The notes under the pieces: model-generated | What the model was told of the DNA's origin: nothing | Seen by the model: the letters and a program-made list of their open reading frames with translations, nothing else | Databases searched by the model: none | Program-made: the position numbers and the translations under genes | Origin: Acidobacteriota bacterium | GTDB lineage: Bacteria; Acidobacteriota; Vicinamibacteria; Vicinamibacterales; CAVVIG01 | Reading direction: 5' to 3' | Length of the DNA stretch: 64,000 nt | NCBI GenBank assembly: GCA_016195265.1 | Contig: JACPZW010000003.1 | Location: 67,279 to 131,278 of the forward strand | In this document: piece after piece, positions 16,342 through 27,391 of the stretch | Numbering within the stretch: position 1 is the stretch's first letter | Layout of the letters: each line of letters begins with the position of its first letter

Positions 16342-19108
16342 CGCGCGCCCCGCCCGGCCTGCCGGGTCCGCCGGCCCGGGCCGCTCCACCCGCGACGCCC
16401 GCTCTGCCCGCGCCTTCGGCGATTCTCCGAATCGCGCGCTGGAAACGATCGGCGAGCGCGCGTCGCGTGTCTTCCGGCACGGGCCCGATGCGCGACCAGC
16501 TCGCCTGCGTCTGACGGACGTCTTCCTCCGCGGCGCGCCAGCGGCTGCCATCGTCCACCCGGCCGCCGATCGTGTTCGCGGCCAGCGCTTCCTTCAGCAT
16601 TGCCGCGAGACGATTGGTCGGCGACAGCGCGGCGTCGTCTTTCGACGCGCCGATCGGACCGGCGAGCGACGTTGCGAGATCTTCCATCCGCAGTACGAGC
16701 GTTTCCATCCGTTTGCGGTTCGAGTCGGGATCGAGGTCGGTGCCGCTGAACGCCGACGGCCAGCGCTTGATGACGCCGGCGAAGGCCGCGATGTAGCGCT
16801 GATCGAGCGCCATCGCGTGATCGCGATCGACGCCCCGGGCCGCGATCTCGCTCTGCCAGCGTCCGCGTAGCGCGCGCACTTGCGCCACGAGATCGGCGGG
16901 CGGCTCGACGGCGGTGGCCGGCGCCGCGGAATCAGTCGCTGGTGGCTCAGAATCGGTGGCCGTCGTTTCCGCATCCGCGGCGGGTGGCTGGTGGCTGGTG
17001 GCCGCGAGCGCCTCGAGCTCGGCGCAGATCGCTTCGCGCGCCGCGACGCGTGCGCCGAGCGCGATGTCGTGGCGCTGGACGTAGCGCGAGAAGAACTGGT
17101 CGCACGCGCCGCGGAAGCGCTGCCACAGCGGCTCCGATCGGCTCTTCTTGACCGGACCGATCGTCTTCCACTCGGCCTGCAGACGCTTGATCTCGTTGGC
17201 GGCCGCGTCCCACTCGGTCGAGTTCACGAGGGCCTCGACCTTCACGCACAGCGCTTCCTTCTTCGCGAGGTTCTCCGCCCAGACCGACTTGCGCTGCGCG
17301 AGATCCTCGTGGCGGCGCGAGAAGAAACGATCGCACGGGACGCGGAAGCGCTCCCAGATCGCCTTTTCCTGCCCGCGCGTCACCGCGCCGATGGTCTTCC
17401 ATTCGGCCTGGAGCTTCTTGATTTCGTCGGCGGTCTCGATCCACTTCGTCGAGTCCGCCAGCGCCTCCGCGCGCTCGCACAGCGCGATCTTCTTCGCGAG
17501 GTTCGCGGCGCGCGCTTCGGCCTGCGCCGCGAAGTGCGCCTCGCACCGCGCCCAGACTTCGTCGTGCGCGGCCTTGAAGCGCTTCCACAGCGCCTCGCCC
17601 TGCGCGCGCGGCACGTCGGCCGCCTGGCGCCACTGCTCCTGCAGCGTCCGTACGAACTTCGCGGCCTCCTCCGGATCCTCGAGCCCTTTGAGCGCCTCCA
17701 TCTTTTCGCAGAGCTGTTCCTGGATCCCGACGTTGGCCCAGCGCTGCCAGTCGGCGACGTCGCGCAGCTCCTGCACCCTGGGCGTGAGCGCCGCGAGCAG
17801 CGCCTTGAGCCGGCGGAGCATGTCCTCGTAGTCGCGTTTGGAGGGCAGCTGCGGCATCGCGCCGAGCGCGGCCCGCAGGTCCTTGATCGCACGTTCGCCG
17901 GCCTTGAGGGAGAGATCGGCGCGCGTGGTGAGCGGCTCGACGCGCGTCACCAGCTGCTGCAGCCGGACGAGCGCGTCGCGCCGCGCGCGCTGATCGGCTT
18001 CATACGCCGCGCTGTCGCGCGTCGTGAACGCTTCTTCGACCGTTGTGTAGCGCGCCACGAGCGCCGGGTCGCCGGCGGTCGCGCCGTGCAGGTCGTGCCA
18101 TTCCTTGCGGATGACCGTGAACACGCGGCGCGCTGCCGCCAGATCCTCGAGCTGCGCGATGCGCGCCGCTTCGTCGGCCAGCTCGGCGAGCCTGGCGCGG
18201 ACGCGCTCGGCTTCCTTCTGCGCGAGCGCCGCGGCCGCGTCCTGTTTCGCGCGATCGGCCGCCGCCTGCGCCTCACGGCGGTGCGCCGCCCCCGCCTCTT
18301 CACGCGCGCGCGCCTCTTCGACGTGACGCGCGGCTTCCTCACGTGCCCGGGCACGCTCGGCATCCTCGCGGGCGATCCGTTCGAGCTCGGCCGGATCGGG
18401 AGGCTCCGGCGGCGGCGCCGCCGCCGCCGCCGCATCGGCGGCCGCCTGCGCGGTCCGTTCGTCGATCTCGCGCGCCAGCGCGCGCGCCCGCCTCGCGGCG
18501 CTCTTGTTCTTCGCGCGCGTGGCGATCTGCTCGAGCTCAGCGCGGTCCGTTATCCGCTCGACGGCGGCCAGCGTCGGATCCTTGAAGTCGCTGTTCAGCG
18601 CGACGCCCAGAATCTCGCCGTGATCCCGCAACGCCTCGAACGCGGCGCGGCGCACGGCGTCGTGATCGGCGTGGCGCGCGAGCGATCCGAGCGCGTGCGC
18701 GTCGCCGATCGACGCGAGCGCGCGGACCGCCGTCGCTTCCCGCGGCGCGGTCCTCGCGACGAACACGAGCGCCCTGGCGTCGGGCAACGCGGCCAGGGCG
18801 TCGACCGCCGCCGCGCTCTCCGGTTCGCCTACGCCTTCGAACGCCTCGAGCGCCAGGTCGCGCAGCATCACCACCGCATGCGCACGCACGCCCTCGTCTG
18901 CATCGTCACGGGCGACGCCCGCCAGCGCCGGCGGGACCAGCAGCTTCGCGACCGCCGCGCGCCGTACCTTGGGATCCGCGTCCTCGCGGGCGACTTCCGT
19001 CAGCAGCTCGCGCTCTTCGAGCGGAAGCTCCTGGACGAACGCCAGACGCACGGCGGCATCGGGATGTTTATGACCGGGGTGGGCGCGAAATCGATCGAGG
19101 AGTGCCAT
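16328..19108 (-). CDS. DUF349 repeat protein with N-terminal HEAT-like repeats
   Basis: 926-aa ORF with repeated W(K/E)RF(K/R)...D.F(F)SR(R/Y) motifs separated by W.....LQ.EWK..G segments, as in DUF349. Confidence 0.6.
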   Translation of the reverse strand: MALLDRFRAHPGHKHPDAAVRLAFVQELPLEERELLTEVAREDADPKVRRAAVAKLLVPPALAGVARDDADEGVRAHAVVMLRDLALEAFEGVGEPESAAAVDALAALPDARALVFVARTAPREATAVRALASIGDAHALGSLARHADHDAVRRAAFEALRDHGEILGVALNSDFKDPTLAAVERITDRAELEQIATRAKNKSAARRARALAREIDERTAQAAADAAAAAAPPPEPPDPAELERIAREDAERARAREEAARHVEEARAREEAGAAHRREAQAAADRAKQDAAAALAQKEAERVRARLAELADEAARIAQLEDLAAARRVFTVIRKEWHDLHGATAGDPALVARYTTVEEAFTTRDSAAYEADQRARRDALVRLQQLVTRVEPLTTRADLSLKAGERAIKDLRAALGAMPQLPSKRDYEDMLRRLKALLAALTPRVQELRDVADWQRWANVGIQEQLCEKMEALKGLEDPEEAAKFVRTLQEQWRQAADVPRAQGEALWKRFKAAHDEVWARCEAHFAAQAEARAANLAKKIALCERAEALADSTKWIETADEIKKLQAEWKTIGAVTRGQEKAIWERFRVPCDRFFSRRHEDLAQRKSVWAENLAKKEALCVKVEALVNSTEWDAAANEIKRLQAEWKTIGPVKKSRSEPLWQRFRGACDQFFSRYVQRHDIALGARVAAREAICAELEALAATSHQPPAADAETTATDSEPPATDSAAPATAVEPPADLVAQVRALRGRWQSEIAARGVDRDHAMALDQRYIAAFAGVIKRWPSAFSGTDLDPDSNRKRMETLVLRMEDLATSLAGPIGASKDDAALSPTNRLAAMLKEALAANTIGGRVDDGSRWRAAEEDVRQTQASWSRIGPVPEDTRRALADRFQRAIRRIAEGAGRAGVAGGAARAGGPGRPGGARAIRS
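16939..17003. repeat. GGTGGCY heptamer words inside the DUF349 coding sequence, including 3 tandem units (21 nt, in frame) at 16983-17003
   Basis: GGTGGCT GGTGGCT GGTGGCC is read on the plus strand and translated on the minus strand as ATSHQPP. Confidence 0.55.
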
Positions 19109-19141
19109 ACACGCTCCAGCCTGAACGCCGTCACCCGGCGA

Positions 19142-19678
19142 TCAGCTTGTGAGTGCAGTCAGCCGCGCGACCATGTCGCCGCCGTGGGATCCGGCGCTGA
19201 CCGACTTGTCAATGTCCAGGATGCGGCCGTCCGCACCGATATAGAACGTCCACCGCGACGCATAGCCGCTCGGCGCCAGGACGCCGTACGCCCGCGCCAC
19301 GTCCTTGGTCGAGTCGCTCAGAATCGGATAGTCGATCCCGAGTGACGCCGCGAACTTTGTGTTCGCTTCCGTCGAGTCCACGCTGGCCGCGAACACTTTC
19401 ACGCCCAGCGTTCGAAACGCATCGCCGCTCGATCCGAGCGACCGGCATTCCACCGTTCAACCGCCGGTGAAGGCCTTCGGAAACCACGCGATCGCCACCA
19501 CGTGGCCGGCAAGATCGCGGAGGCGATACGTCCGGCCGTCGGACGCCGGCAGCGAAAAATCCGGCGCCGCGTCGCCCGCCTTCAGCTCGACGGCGGACCC
19601 GCCGCGTTGCATCACCACGTTGATGATTCCTACCGCCATCGCGGCGACCGTCGTCGCGATGGTCCGCAGCCGAACCAT
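19142..19678 (-). CDS. BCP/PrxQ-type peroxiredoxin with in-frame TGA (candidate selenocysteine) at the peroxidatic position
   Basis: ORFs 19457..19723 and 19142..19453 share one frame and are separated only by TGA (19457-19459) plus one codon. The joined sequence ...VAIAWFPKAFTGG[TGA]TVECRSLGSSGDAFRTLGVKVFAAS... aligns with E. coli Bcp [19 protein letters not shown]. The likely start is Met at 19678 (MVRLRTIATTVAAMAVGI, signal-like). Confidence 0.6.
19424..19459 (-). promoter_or_regulatory. candidate bacterial SECIS: UGA followed 14 nt later by an 8-bp GC-rich hairpin
   Basis: mRNA: UGA ACGGUGGAAUGCCG GUCGCUCG-GAU-CGAGCGGC. The stem has 7 Watson-Crick pairs plus one G.U. Confidence 0.4.
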
Positions 19679-19838
19679 TATTTCCGGCACGCCCGACACG
19701 CCCGGCACGTCCGCGCCAGCCACCAGCCGAATCGTGCCATTCTAGTGATGGAGCCGGTGTATTCAAGGAGCCCTCGGTACAGCTTTTTTTCTCAGGCTTC
19801 CCTGATTCTCCAATTCTGCGGATCGCGCGATACCAGAC

Positions 19839-20474
19839 GTGACATTTGACGCCGTTCTCAGTCAGTTGGAGTCATCTCTCGCGCGGCCGCTGCCGGGCGC
19901 GGCGGCACAGGCGCGCCTCGCGCCCCAGCTGCGCCGCCAATGGCCGCAGAATTTCGACCCCGCGCGAATTCGACCCGCGGCGGGCCTATTACTGGTTTTC
20001 CCCGTGGACCGCCGCGCGCACATCGTGCTGACCGTCCGCGCCGACGCGTTGCGCCACGGCGGCCAGGTGTCGCTGCCCGGCGGCGTCATCGAGCCAGGTG
20101 AGACGTTCGCGGAGGCGGCGCTGCGAGAAGCGCACGAAGAAGTCGGCGTGCATCCGCACGAGATCCGAATCCTCGGTCCGCTCACGCCGCTCGACATCCC
20201 GGTCAGCGGATTCCGGCTGCATCCGGTCGTCGCCGCGCGCGCGACGCGGCCAGCGTTCGTGCCCGCCCACGGCGAGGTCGCGCGAATCCTCGAGGTGCCG
20301 GTGGAAACGCTGCTCGATCCGGCGAATCTGGCGCCCGTCGAGCGCCATCGCATGGGCGCGACGCTGCGCGTGCCGGCCTTTCACGCCGCCGGCGTGGAAA
20401 TCTGGGGCGCCACGGCGATGGTGCTCGCGGAATTTCTCGCGCTGCTCGGCTGGCCTGACGCGTCGGGCGACTGA
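19839..20474 (+). CDS. Nudix hydrolase, CoA pyrophosphatase-like
   Basis: 211-aa ORF with Nudix box GGVIEPGETFAEAALREAHEEVGV and an upstream LTVRADALRHGGQVSLPGG segment typical of NudL-type CoA pyrophosphatases. Confidence 0.7.
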   Translation: MTFDAVLSQLESSLARPLPGAAAQARLAPQLRRQWPQNFDPARIRPAAGLLLVFPVDRRAHIVLTVRADALRHGGQVSLPGGVIEPGETFAEAALREAHEEVGVHPHEIRILGPLTPLDIPVSGFRLHPVVAARATRPAFVPAHGEVARILEVPVETLLDPANLAPVERHRMGATLRVPAFHAAGVEIWGATAMVLAEFLALLGWPDASGD

Positions 20475-20522
20475 TTCCAACGAAATTGTCTGAATCAGAG
20501 CCGAAGGCGACCCGCGTGAATA

Positions 20523-20551
20523 TTGCCGCGTCGTGTCTTCCTTGGCATAAT
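20523..20551 (+). promoter_or_regulatory. sigma70-like promoter for glnN (TTGCCG-17 nt-CATAAT)
   Basis: TTGCCG at 20523-20528, a 17-nt spacer, and CATAAT at 20546-20551. It lies ~125 nt upstream of the ATG. Confidence 0.45.
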
Positions 20552-20568
20552 GCACTGGCCGGACGGTC

Positions 20569-20656
20569 ATAAACTGAAAAGTTAAAAGTGAAAACTGAAA
20601 AGTGAAGACCCTTCCCCGCTCCAGTTCTCAGTTTTAAGTTTTCTGTTTTCACTTCG
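20569..20656. repeat. MITE-like long hairpin, family G (GAAAAGT/ACTTTTC heptamer arms), in the glnN 5' UTR
   Basis: ATAAACTGAAAAGTTAAAAGTGAAAACTGAAAAGTGAAGA...TCTCAGTTTTAAGTTTTCTGTTTTCACTTCG. It shares an exact 26-mer AAAAGTGAAAACTGAAAAGTGAAGAC with 37835-37860. Confidence 0.7.
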
Positions 20657-20676
20657 ATTTCCTCAAGGAGCCACTC

Positions 20677-22851
20677 ATGGGTTCTGCGGTGCTCGGCAAG
20701 GCGATCAGCGCGATTCGCGACTGGTCGATTTCGGAAGCGTCCACCACGTCCGGGTCGCAGGCCGCTGAAGTGTTCGGCAGCCTGGTGTTCAACGACCAAG
20801 TGCAACAGGCCCGTCTCCCGAAGGGTGTCTACCAGGCGCTCCGGCGCACGATGACGCAGGGCGAAGCCCTGGATGTATCCGCGGCCGACGCGATCGCGAA
20901 GGCGATGAAGGAGTGGGCGGTCGAGCACGGCGCGACGCACTACACGCACTGGTTCCAGCCGCTCACCGGCATCACGGCCGAGAAGCACGACTCGTTTCTC
21001 TCGCCGACCGGCGACGGCAAGGCCGTCGCGGAGTTCTCCGGCAAGGAACTGATCCGCGGCGAACCGGACGCCTCGAGCTTCCCGTCGGGCGGCATGCGCT
21101 CCACCTTCGAAGCGCGCGGCTACACGGCGTGGGATCCGACGAGCCCGCCCTGGCTGCTCTACAGCGGCGGCGCGGTGACGCTCGTCATCCCGACGGCGTT
21201 CGTGAGCTGGACCGGCGAGGCGCTCGACAAGAAGACGCCGCTCCTCCGCTCGATGGAGGCGCTGTCGAAGCAGGCCGTGCGTGTGCTGAAGCTCTTCGGC
21301 TCGTCGGCTGAGCGCGTCGTGACGACGTGCGGCCCCGAGCAGGAGTATTTCCTGATCGACCGCTACTTCTTCCTGGCGCGGCCCGATCTCATCAACGCCG
21401 GCCGCACGCTCTTCGGCGCGAAGCCGCCGAAGGGCCAGGAGCTCGAGGATCAATACTTCGGCGCCATTCCGGATCGCGTGATGGCGTTCATGTCCGAAGT
21501 GGAGTCCGAACTGTACAAAGTCGGCGTGCCGGTGAAAACGCGACACAACGAGGTCGCGCCGAGCCAGTACGAGATCGCGCCGGTGTTCGAGAACGCCAAC
21601 GTCGCCACCGATCACCAGATGATGACGATGGAGACGATGCGGCGGACGGCGCCGAAGTACGGCCTCGCGTGCCTGATGCACGAGAAGCCGTTCGCGGGCG
21701 TCAACGGATCGGGCAAGCATCTCAACTGGTCGATCAGCGACAACGAGGGGCACAACCTGCTGTCGCCGGGCGCGAACCCGCACGACAACATGCAGTTCCT
21801 CGTGTTCTGCACGGCGGTCGTGCGCGCCGTGAATAAGTGGCAGGGATTGTTGCGCGCGGCGATCGCGAGCGCGGGCAACGACCACCGGCTGGGCGCGAAC
21901 GAGGCGCCGCCGGCGATCATCTCGATCTTCCTCGGCGACATGCTCACCGACATCTTCGAGCAGATCGAGAAGGGCGGCGCGCGATCGACCAAGCACGGCG
22001 GCGAGCTGGACACCGGCGTCCTGGTGCTGCCGAAGCTGCCGCGCGACGCGGGCGACCGCAACCGCACCAGCCCGTTCGCGTTCACGGGCAACAAGTTCGA
22101 GTTCCGCGCGGTGTCCTCGAATCAGAGCATCGCGTACCCGAACATCGCGCTGAATATCGCCGTCACCGAGTCGCTCGACGACATCGCGGGCGAGCTCGAG
22201 AAGGCCGTCAAGGGCGGCAAGTCGCTCGACAAGGCGGTCGCCGAGCTGCTGCCGAAGCTGATCAAGGAGAACAAGCGGATCATCTTCAACGGCAACAACT
22301 ACTCGAAGGAATGGGAGAAGGAAGCCGGCAAGCGCGGCCTCCTGAACCTGAAGAACACCGTCGAGGCGCTGCCGCAGATGATCTCGAAGGAGGTCATCGG
22401 GCTCTTCGAGAAGTACAAGGTGCTCAACGGACGCGAAGTGCACGCGCGCTGCGAGATCATGGTCGAGACCTACAACAAGACCGTGAACGTCGAGGGCCAG
22501 CTGATGGTGCTGATGGCCGACCGCTACATCCTGCCGGCGGCGTTCGAATACCAGAAGCAGGTCGCGCAGAGCGTCTCGGCGGTGAAGAGCGCAGGCGGCA
22601 AGTCGGTCGAGGGCAGGAAGACGCTCGATGCGTTCACCAAGCTGACCGACGAGTTCAAGCGCCGCACCGACAAGCTGCGGCACGCGCTCGGGCACGAGGG
22701 CGCCTCGTCCGAAAAGCACGCGAAGCACTTCCGCGATGTCGTGGTGCCGGCAATGGCCTCGCTGCGCGACGCGGGCGACGAGCTCGAGCTGATGATCCCG
22801 CACGAGTCGTGGCCGCTGCCGACGTACCGGGAGATGCTGTTCATAAAGTGA
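20677..22851 (+). CDS. glnN: glutamine synthetase type III
   Basis: 724-aa ORF with the length and motifs of GSIII ([45 protein letters not shown]). AAGGAG RBS. Confidence 0.9.
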   Translation: MGSAVLGKAISAIRDWSISEASTTSGSQAAEVFGSLVFNDQVQQARLPKGVYQALRRTMTQGEALDVSAADAIAKAMKEWAVEHGATHYTHWFQPLTGITAEKHDSFLSPTGDGKAVAEFSGKELIRGEPDASSFPSGGMRSTFEARGYTAWDPTSPPWLLYSGGAVTLVIPTAFVSWTGEALDKKTPLLRSMEALSKQAVRVLKLFGSSAERVVTTCGPEQEYFLIDRYFFLARPDLINAGRTLFGAKPPKGQELEDQYFGAIPDRVMAFMSEVESELYKVGVPVKTRHNEVAPSQYEIAPVFENANVATDHQMMTMETMRRTAPKYGLACLMHEKPFAGVNGSGKHLNWSISDNEGHNLLSPGANPHDNMQFLVFCTAVVRAVNKWQGLLRAAIASAGNDHRLGANEAPPAIISIFLGDMLTDIFEQIEKGGARSTKHGGELDTGVLVLPKLPRDAGDRNRTSPFAFTGNKFEFRAVSSNQSIAYPNIALNIAVTESLDDIAGELEKAVKGGKSLDKAVAELLPKLIKENKRIIFNGNNYSKEWEKEAGKRGLLNLKNTVEALPQMISKEVIGLFEKYKVLNGREVHARCEIMVETYNKTVNVEGQLMVLMADRYILPAAFEYQKQVAQSVSAVKSAGGKSVEGRKTLDAFTKLTDEFKRRTDKLRHALGHEGASSEKHAKHFRDVVVPAMASLRDAGDELELMIPHESWPLPTYREMLFIK

Positions 22852-22931
22852 AAACGTAAAAGGGAAAAGAGAAAAGAGAAAAGTTAAGAGGTTGTCAGTT
22901 TTACCTTTTAAGTTTTCTCTTTTCAGTTTCC
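22843..22931. repeat. MITE-like long hairpin, family G, between convergent glnN and the cysteine synthase gene
   Basis: ATAAAGTGAAAACGTAAAAGGGAAAAGAGAAAAGAGAAAAGTTAAGAGG...CAGTTTTACCTTTTAAGTTTTCTCTTTTCAGTTTCC. Both stop codons (22849-22851 and 22923-22925) lie inside its arms. Confidence 0.7.
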
Positions 22932-23855
22932 AAACAAATCCCCCGCTAGGTACTTCAACCCCGTATCCACCGCGACCGTCGCGACAACCTTCCCCGGTCC
23001 CAGTTCCCGCGCCAGCTGAATCGCGGCGACGACGTTCAGCGCGGACGACGTCCCGGCGAGGATCCCTTCCTTCTTCGCCAGCTCGCGCGCCATCGCCCGC
23101 GCTTCGTTCTCGTCGATCGCGCGCGCCTCGTCGTACACGCCGGGCGCGAGGTGCGGCAGCGTCGGAAACGCGCCGATGCCCTCGACGCGATGCGGGCCGC
23201 CATGCCCCTTCGTCATGAACGGCGACGAGGCCGGCTCGAGCGCCACGATCCGCGCGGCGCTCCCGACCTTCTTCAGCGCCCTGGAGACGCCGGCGAGCAT
23301 GCCTCCCGTGCCAACGCCGCCGCAGAAGGCGTGCAGCGTGCCGCCGGCCTGCTCGAATAGTTCGCGCCCGATGTTCATGTAGCCGTCGAGCGCGTCGGTG
23401 TTGTTGAACTGGTCCGTCCAAAATGTGCCGGGCTCCGCGCGCAGCCGATCGACCTCGGCGCGCATGCGGTCGAACAGGTCGGGCGTGAGCTTCCCGCCGT
23501 CGCTCTTCAGAACGATGAGATCCGCGCCGAACGCGCGCATCGTGTTGAGCTTTTCCGCGGCGATTGCGTCGTTCGAGACCGGCACGAAGCGGTAGCCCTT
23601 GATCGCGCAGATCATCGCGAGCGACGACCCGGTGCTCCCGCCCGTGAACTCGACGACGCGCATGCCCGGCTTCAGGACGCCGCGCTTCTCGGCGCCTTCG
23701 ATCATCGCCAGCGCCATGCGGTCCTTGTACGAGCCGGTCGGATTGAACCACTCGAGCTTGACGAGCACGTCCGCGCAGCGCGCGTCGACGAGATGGCGCA
23801 GCCTGACGACGGGCGTGTGTCCGATGGCTTCCAGAATCGAGCGGCCGACGACCAT
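22923..23855 (-). CDS. cysteine synthase family PLP enzyme (CysK/CysM/CBS-like)
   Basis: 310-aa ORF with the PLP-lysine motif NPTGSYKDR, the GGSTGSS loop and GVGTGGM. Confidence 0.8.
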   Translation of the reverse strand: MVVGRSILEAIGHTPVVRLRHLVDARCADVLVKLEWFNPTGSYKDRMALAMIEGAEKRGVLKPGMRVVEFTGGSTGSSLAMICAIKGYRFVPVSNDAIAAEKLNTMRAFGADLIVLKSDGGKLTPDLFDRMRAEVDRLRAEPGTFWTDQFNNTDALDGYMNIGRELFEQAGGTLHAFCGGVGTGGMLAGVSRALKKVGSAARIVALEPASSPFMTKGHGGPHRVEGIGAFPTLPHLAPGVYDEARAIDENEARAMARELAKKEGILAGTSSALNVVAAIQLARELGPGKVVATVAVDTGLKYLAGDLFGN

Positions 23856-23939
23856 GAGACGCCTCCGGCTCCAAATATATCCGGAGCAGCGGCGTTAATC
23901 GTGATTAGTCTGGAGTCGGGAGTCACCAGCCAGTCACCG

Positions 23940-24395
23940 TCACTCGGCCGGCGCCAGGACGTCGAGATGCTCGCGGCGGGCGCCCTTCACTGTCGCCAGC
24001 TGGACCTTGCGGTCGAAGGTGACCAGCGTGCCACGGCGCTTCACCGCGAGTCCGAGCAGGTACACGTCGGTCAGCTGCTGATGCCCACGCGCGCGTTCGG
24101 TGTCGAAGAGCCGCTCGTCCAGCAACGAAAGATCGTCGGGCCAGAACTCGTGGTGACCGCTGGATCGGAACGTGCGCAGACGATCCGCCAGGGCCGCGAC
24201 CGTGACGAACTCGCTGGCGCCGGCGACCGTGCCAGCCGTTCTCAGGAATCCGTTTTCCGTCAGGGGGCACGTCGCCCATCCCTGTTCGCGATGGTCCGCG
24301 AACCAGTCGTGCGCGATCTCGTGGTGCACGTGCGCAGGATCGAACAGCGCCACCAGGACGTTGACGTCCAGGAGCGCGACGCTCGATGGATTCAC
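23940..24395 (-). CDS. vapC: PIN-domain toxin VapC
   Basis: GTG start at 24395 within ORF 23940..24482. [20 protein letters not shown]...[11 protein letters not shown]...LVTFD is a classic VapC pattern. It sits 8 nt downstream of the antitoxin stop. Confidence 0.8.
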   Translation of the reverse strand: MNPSSVALLDVNVLVALFDPAHVHHEIAHDWFADHREQGWATCPLTENGFLRTAGTVAGASEFVTVAALADRLRTFRSSGHHEFWPDDLSLLDERLFDTERARGHQQLTDVYLLGLAVKRRGTLVTFDRKVQLATVKGARREHLDVLAPAE

Positions 24396-24402
24396 AGGGC
24401 GC

Positions 24403-24624
24403 TCATGGCTGGTCCAGCGCGTCCTCGACCATCTGGACCGTGACGATGCGGCCGGGACGGTGCGGCAGCAAGGGAACCCCATTGCGCACCTTCATGGTGT
24501 GCTTCGGCGCCAACGCGGCGCGCGCGAGGTCCGAGAGCACCTGGCCCGCCGTCCTGCCGTTCCGGGCCGCCAGTTCCTTAGCCGCGTGGAGCACATCCTC
24601 ATCAAGATCGAGCGTCGTCCGCAT
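24403..24624 (-). CDS. VapB-type antitoxin
   Basis: [35 protein letters not shown] is the typical N-terminus of VapB/type II antitoxins. Two upstream in-frame Met (to 24645) are possible alternative starts. Confidence 0.75.
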   Translation of the reverse strand: MRTTLDLDEDVLHAAKELAARNGRTAGQVLSDLARAALAPKHTMKVRNGVPLLPHRPGRIVTVQMVEDALDQP

Positions 24625-24664
24625 AACAAGATCATCACGCATCACGCATCAGATGTCAAGACGG

Positions 24665-24706
24665 GTCAGGGGTTCAGCGTTCAGGGTTCAAGGTTCTCCG
24701 GTCTCG
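24665..24706. repeat. degenerate heptamer array GTCAGGG GTTCAGC GTTCAGG GTTCAAG GTTCTCC GGTCTCG
   Basis: Read directly in the divergent region between vapB and the topoisomerase A gene. It belongs to the same word family as 1370-1397. Confidence 0.55.
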
Positions 24707-24765
24707 GGATTGACGGTTCGCGGTACTCTGAACTGCACGCCCTGGCGGGCACGCATCCTCTGCAT

Positions 24766-27203
<2,438 letters not shown>

Positions 27204-27207
<4 letters not shown>

Positions 27208-27238
27208 GGGCCAAGGGCCGATGGCCGATGGCCGATAG
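27204..27238. repeat. heptamer array CTGAGGG CCAAGGG CCGATGG CCGATGG CCGATAG starting at the stop codon of the topoisomerase A gene
   Basis: Read directly. It shares the 16-mer GCTGAGGGCCAAGGGC with the reverse complement of 1773-1793. Confidence 0.6.
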
Positions 27239-27391
27239 TCAGGCTGACGAACGGTCCGCCCGGTAATGAAGTATGATGATCGGGCAGCCTGACGTAACCG
27301 GCTGCCAGCTCGACCGCTGCGCACCCTGGCTGGTGGCATCCAGCCGCTGTCGGTCGACGCCTCACGCGATTCACAACACTCTGCGGGAACG

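Noticed and set aside
22940-22953. An exact 14-mer CCCCCGCTAGGTAC shared between the 3' end of the cysteine synthase gene (22940-22953, coding KYLAGD) and the degenerate REP-like unit at 15457-15470.
   Set aside because: The similarity does not extend by a single base on either side, and one copy is ordinary conserved-looking coding sequence. With many pairwise comparisons in GC-rich DNA it may be chance. It is recorded only in case a genome-wide search finds more copies.
20203-23874. Very long alternative-frame/antisense ORFs in the track, e.g. 20203..23874 (-) 1223 aa, 31731..35438 (+) 1235 aa, 16880..19345 (+) 821 aa, 9286..11547 (-) 753 aa, 49820..52102 (+) 760 aa, 6072..7559 (+) and 25948..27414 (-).
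   Set aside because: Their translations are Arg/Ala/Gly/Pro/His-rich low-complexity strings typical of stop-poor non-coding frames in high-GC DNA. Each is fully overlapped by an ORF with clear family motifs (glnN, VWA proteins, DUF349, the TonB-like receptor, ispG, the topoisomerase A gene).
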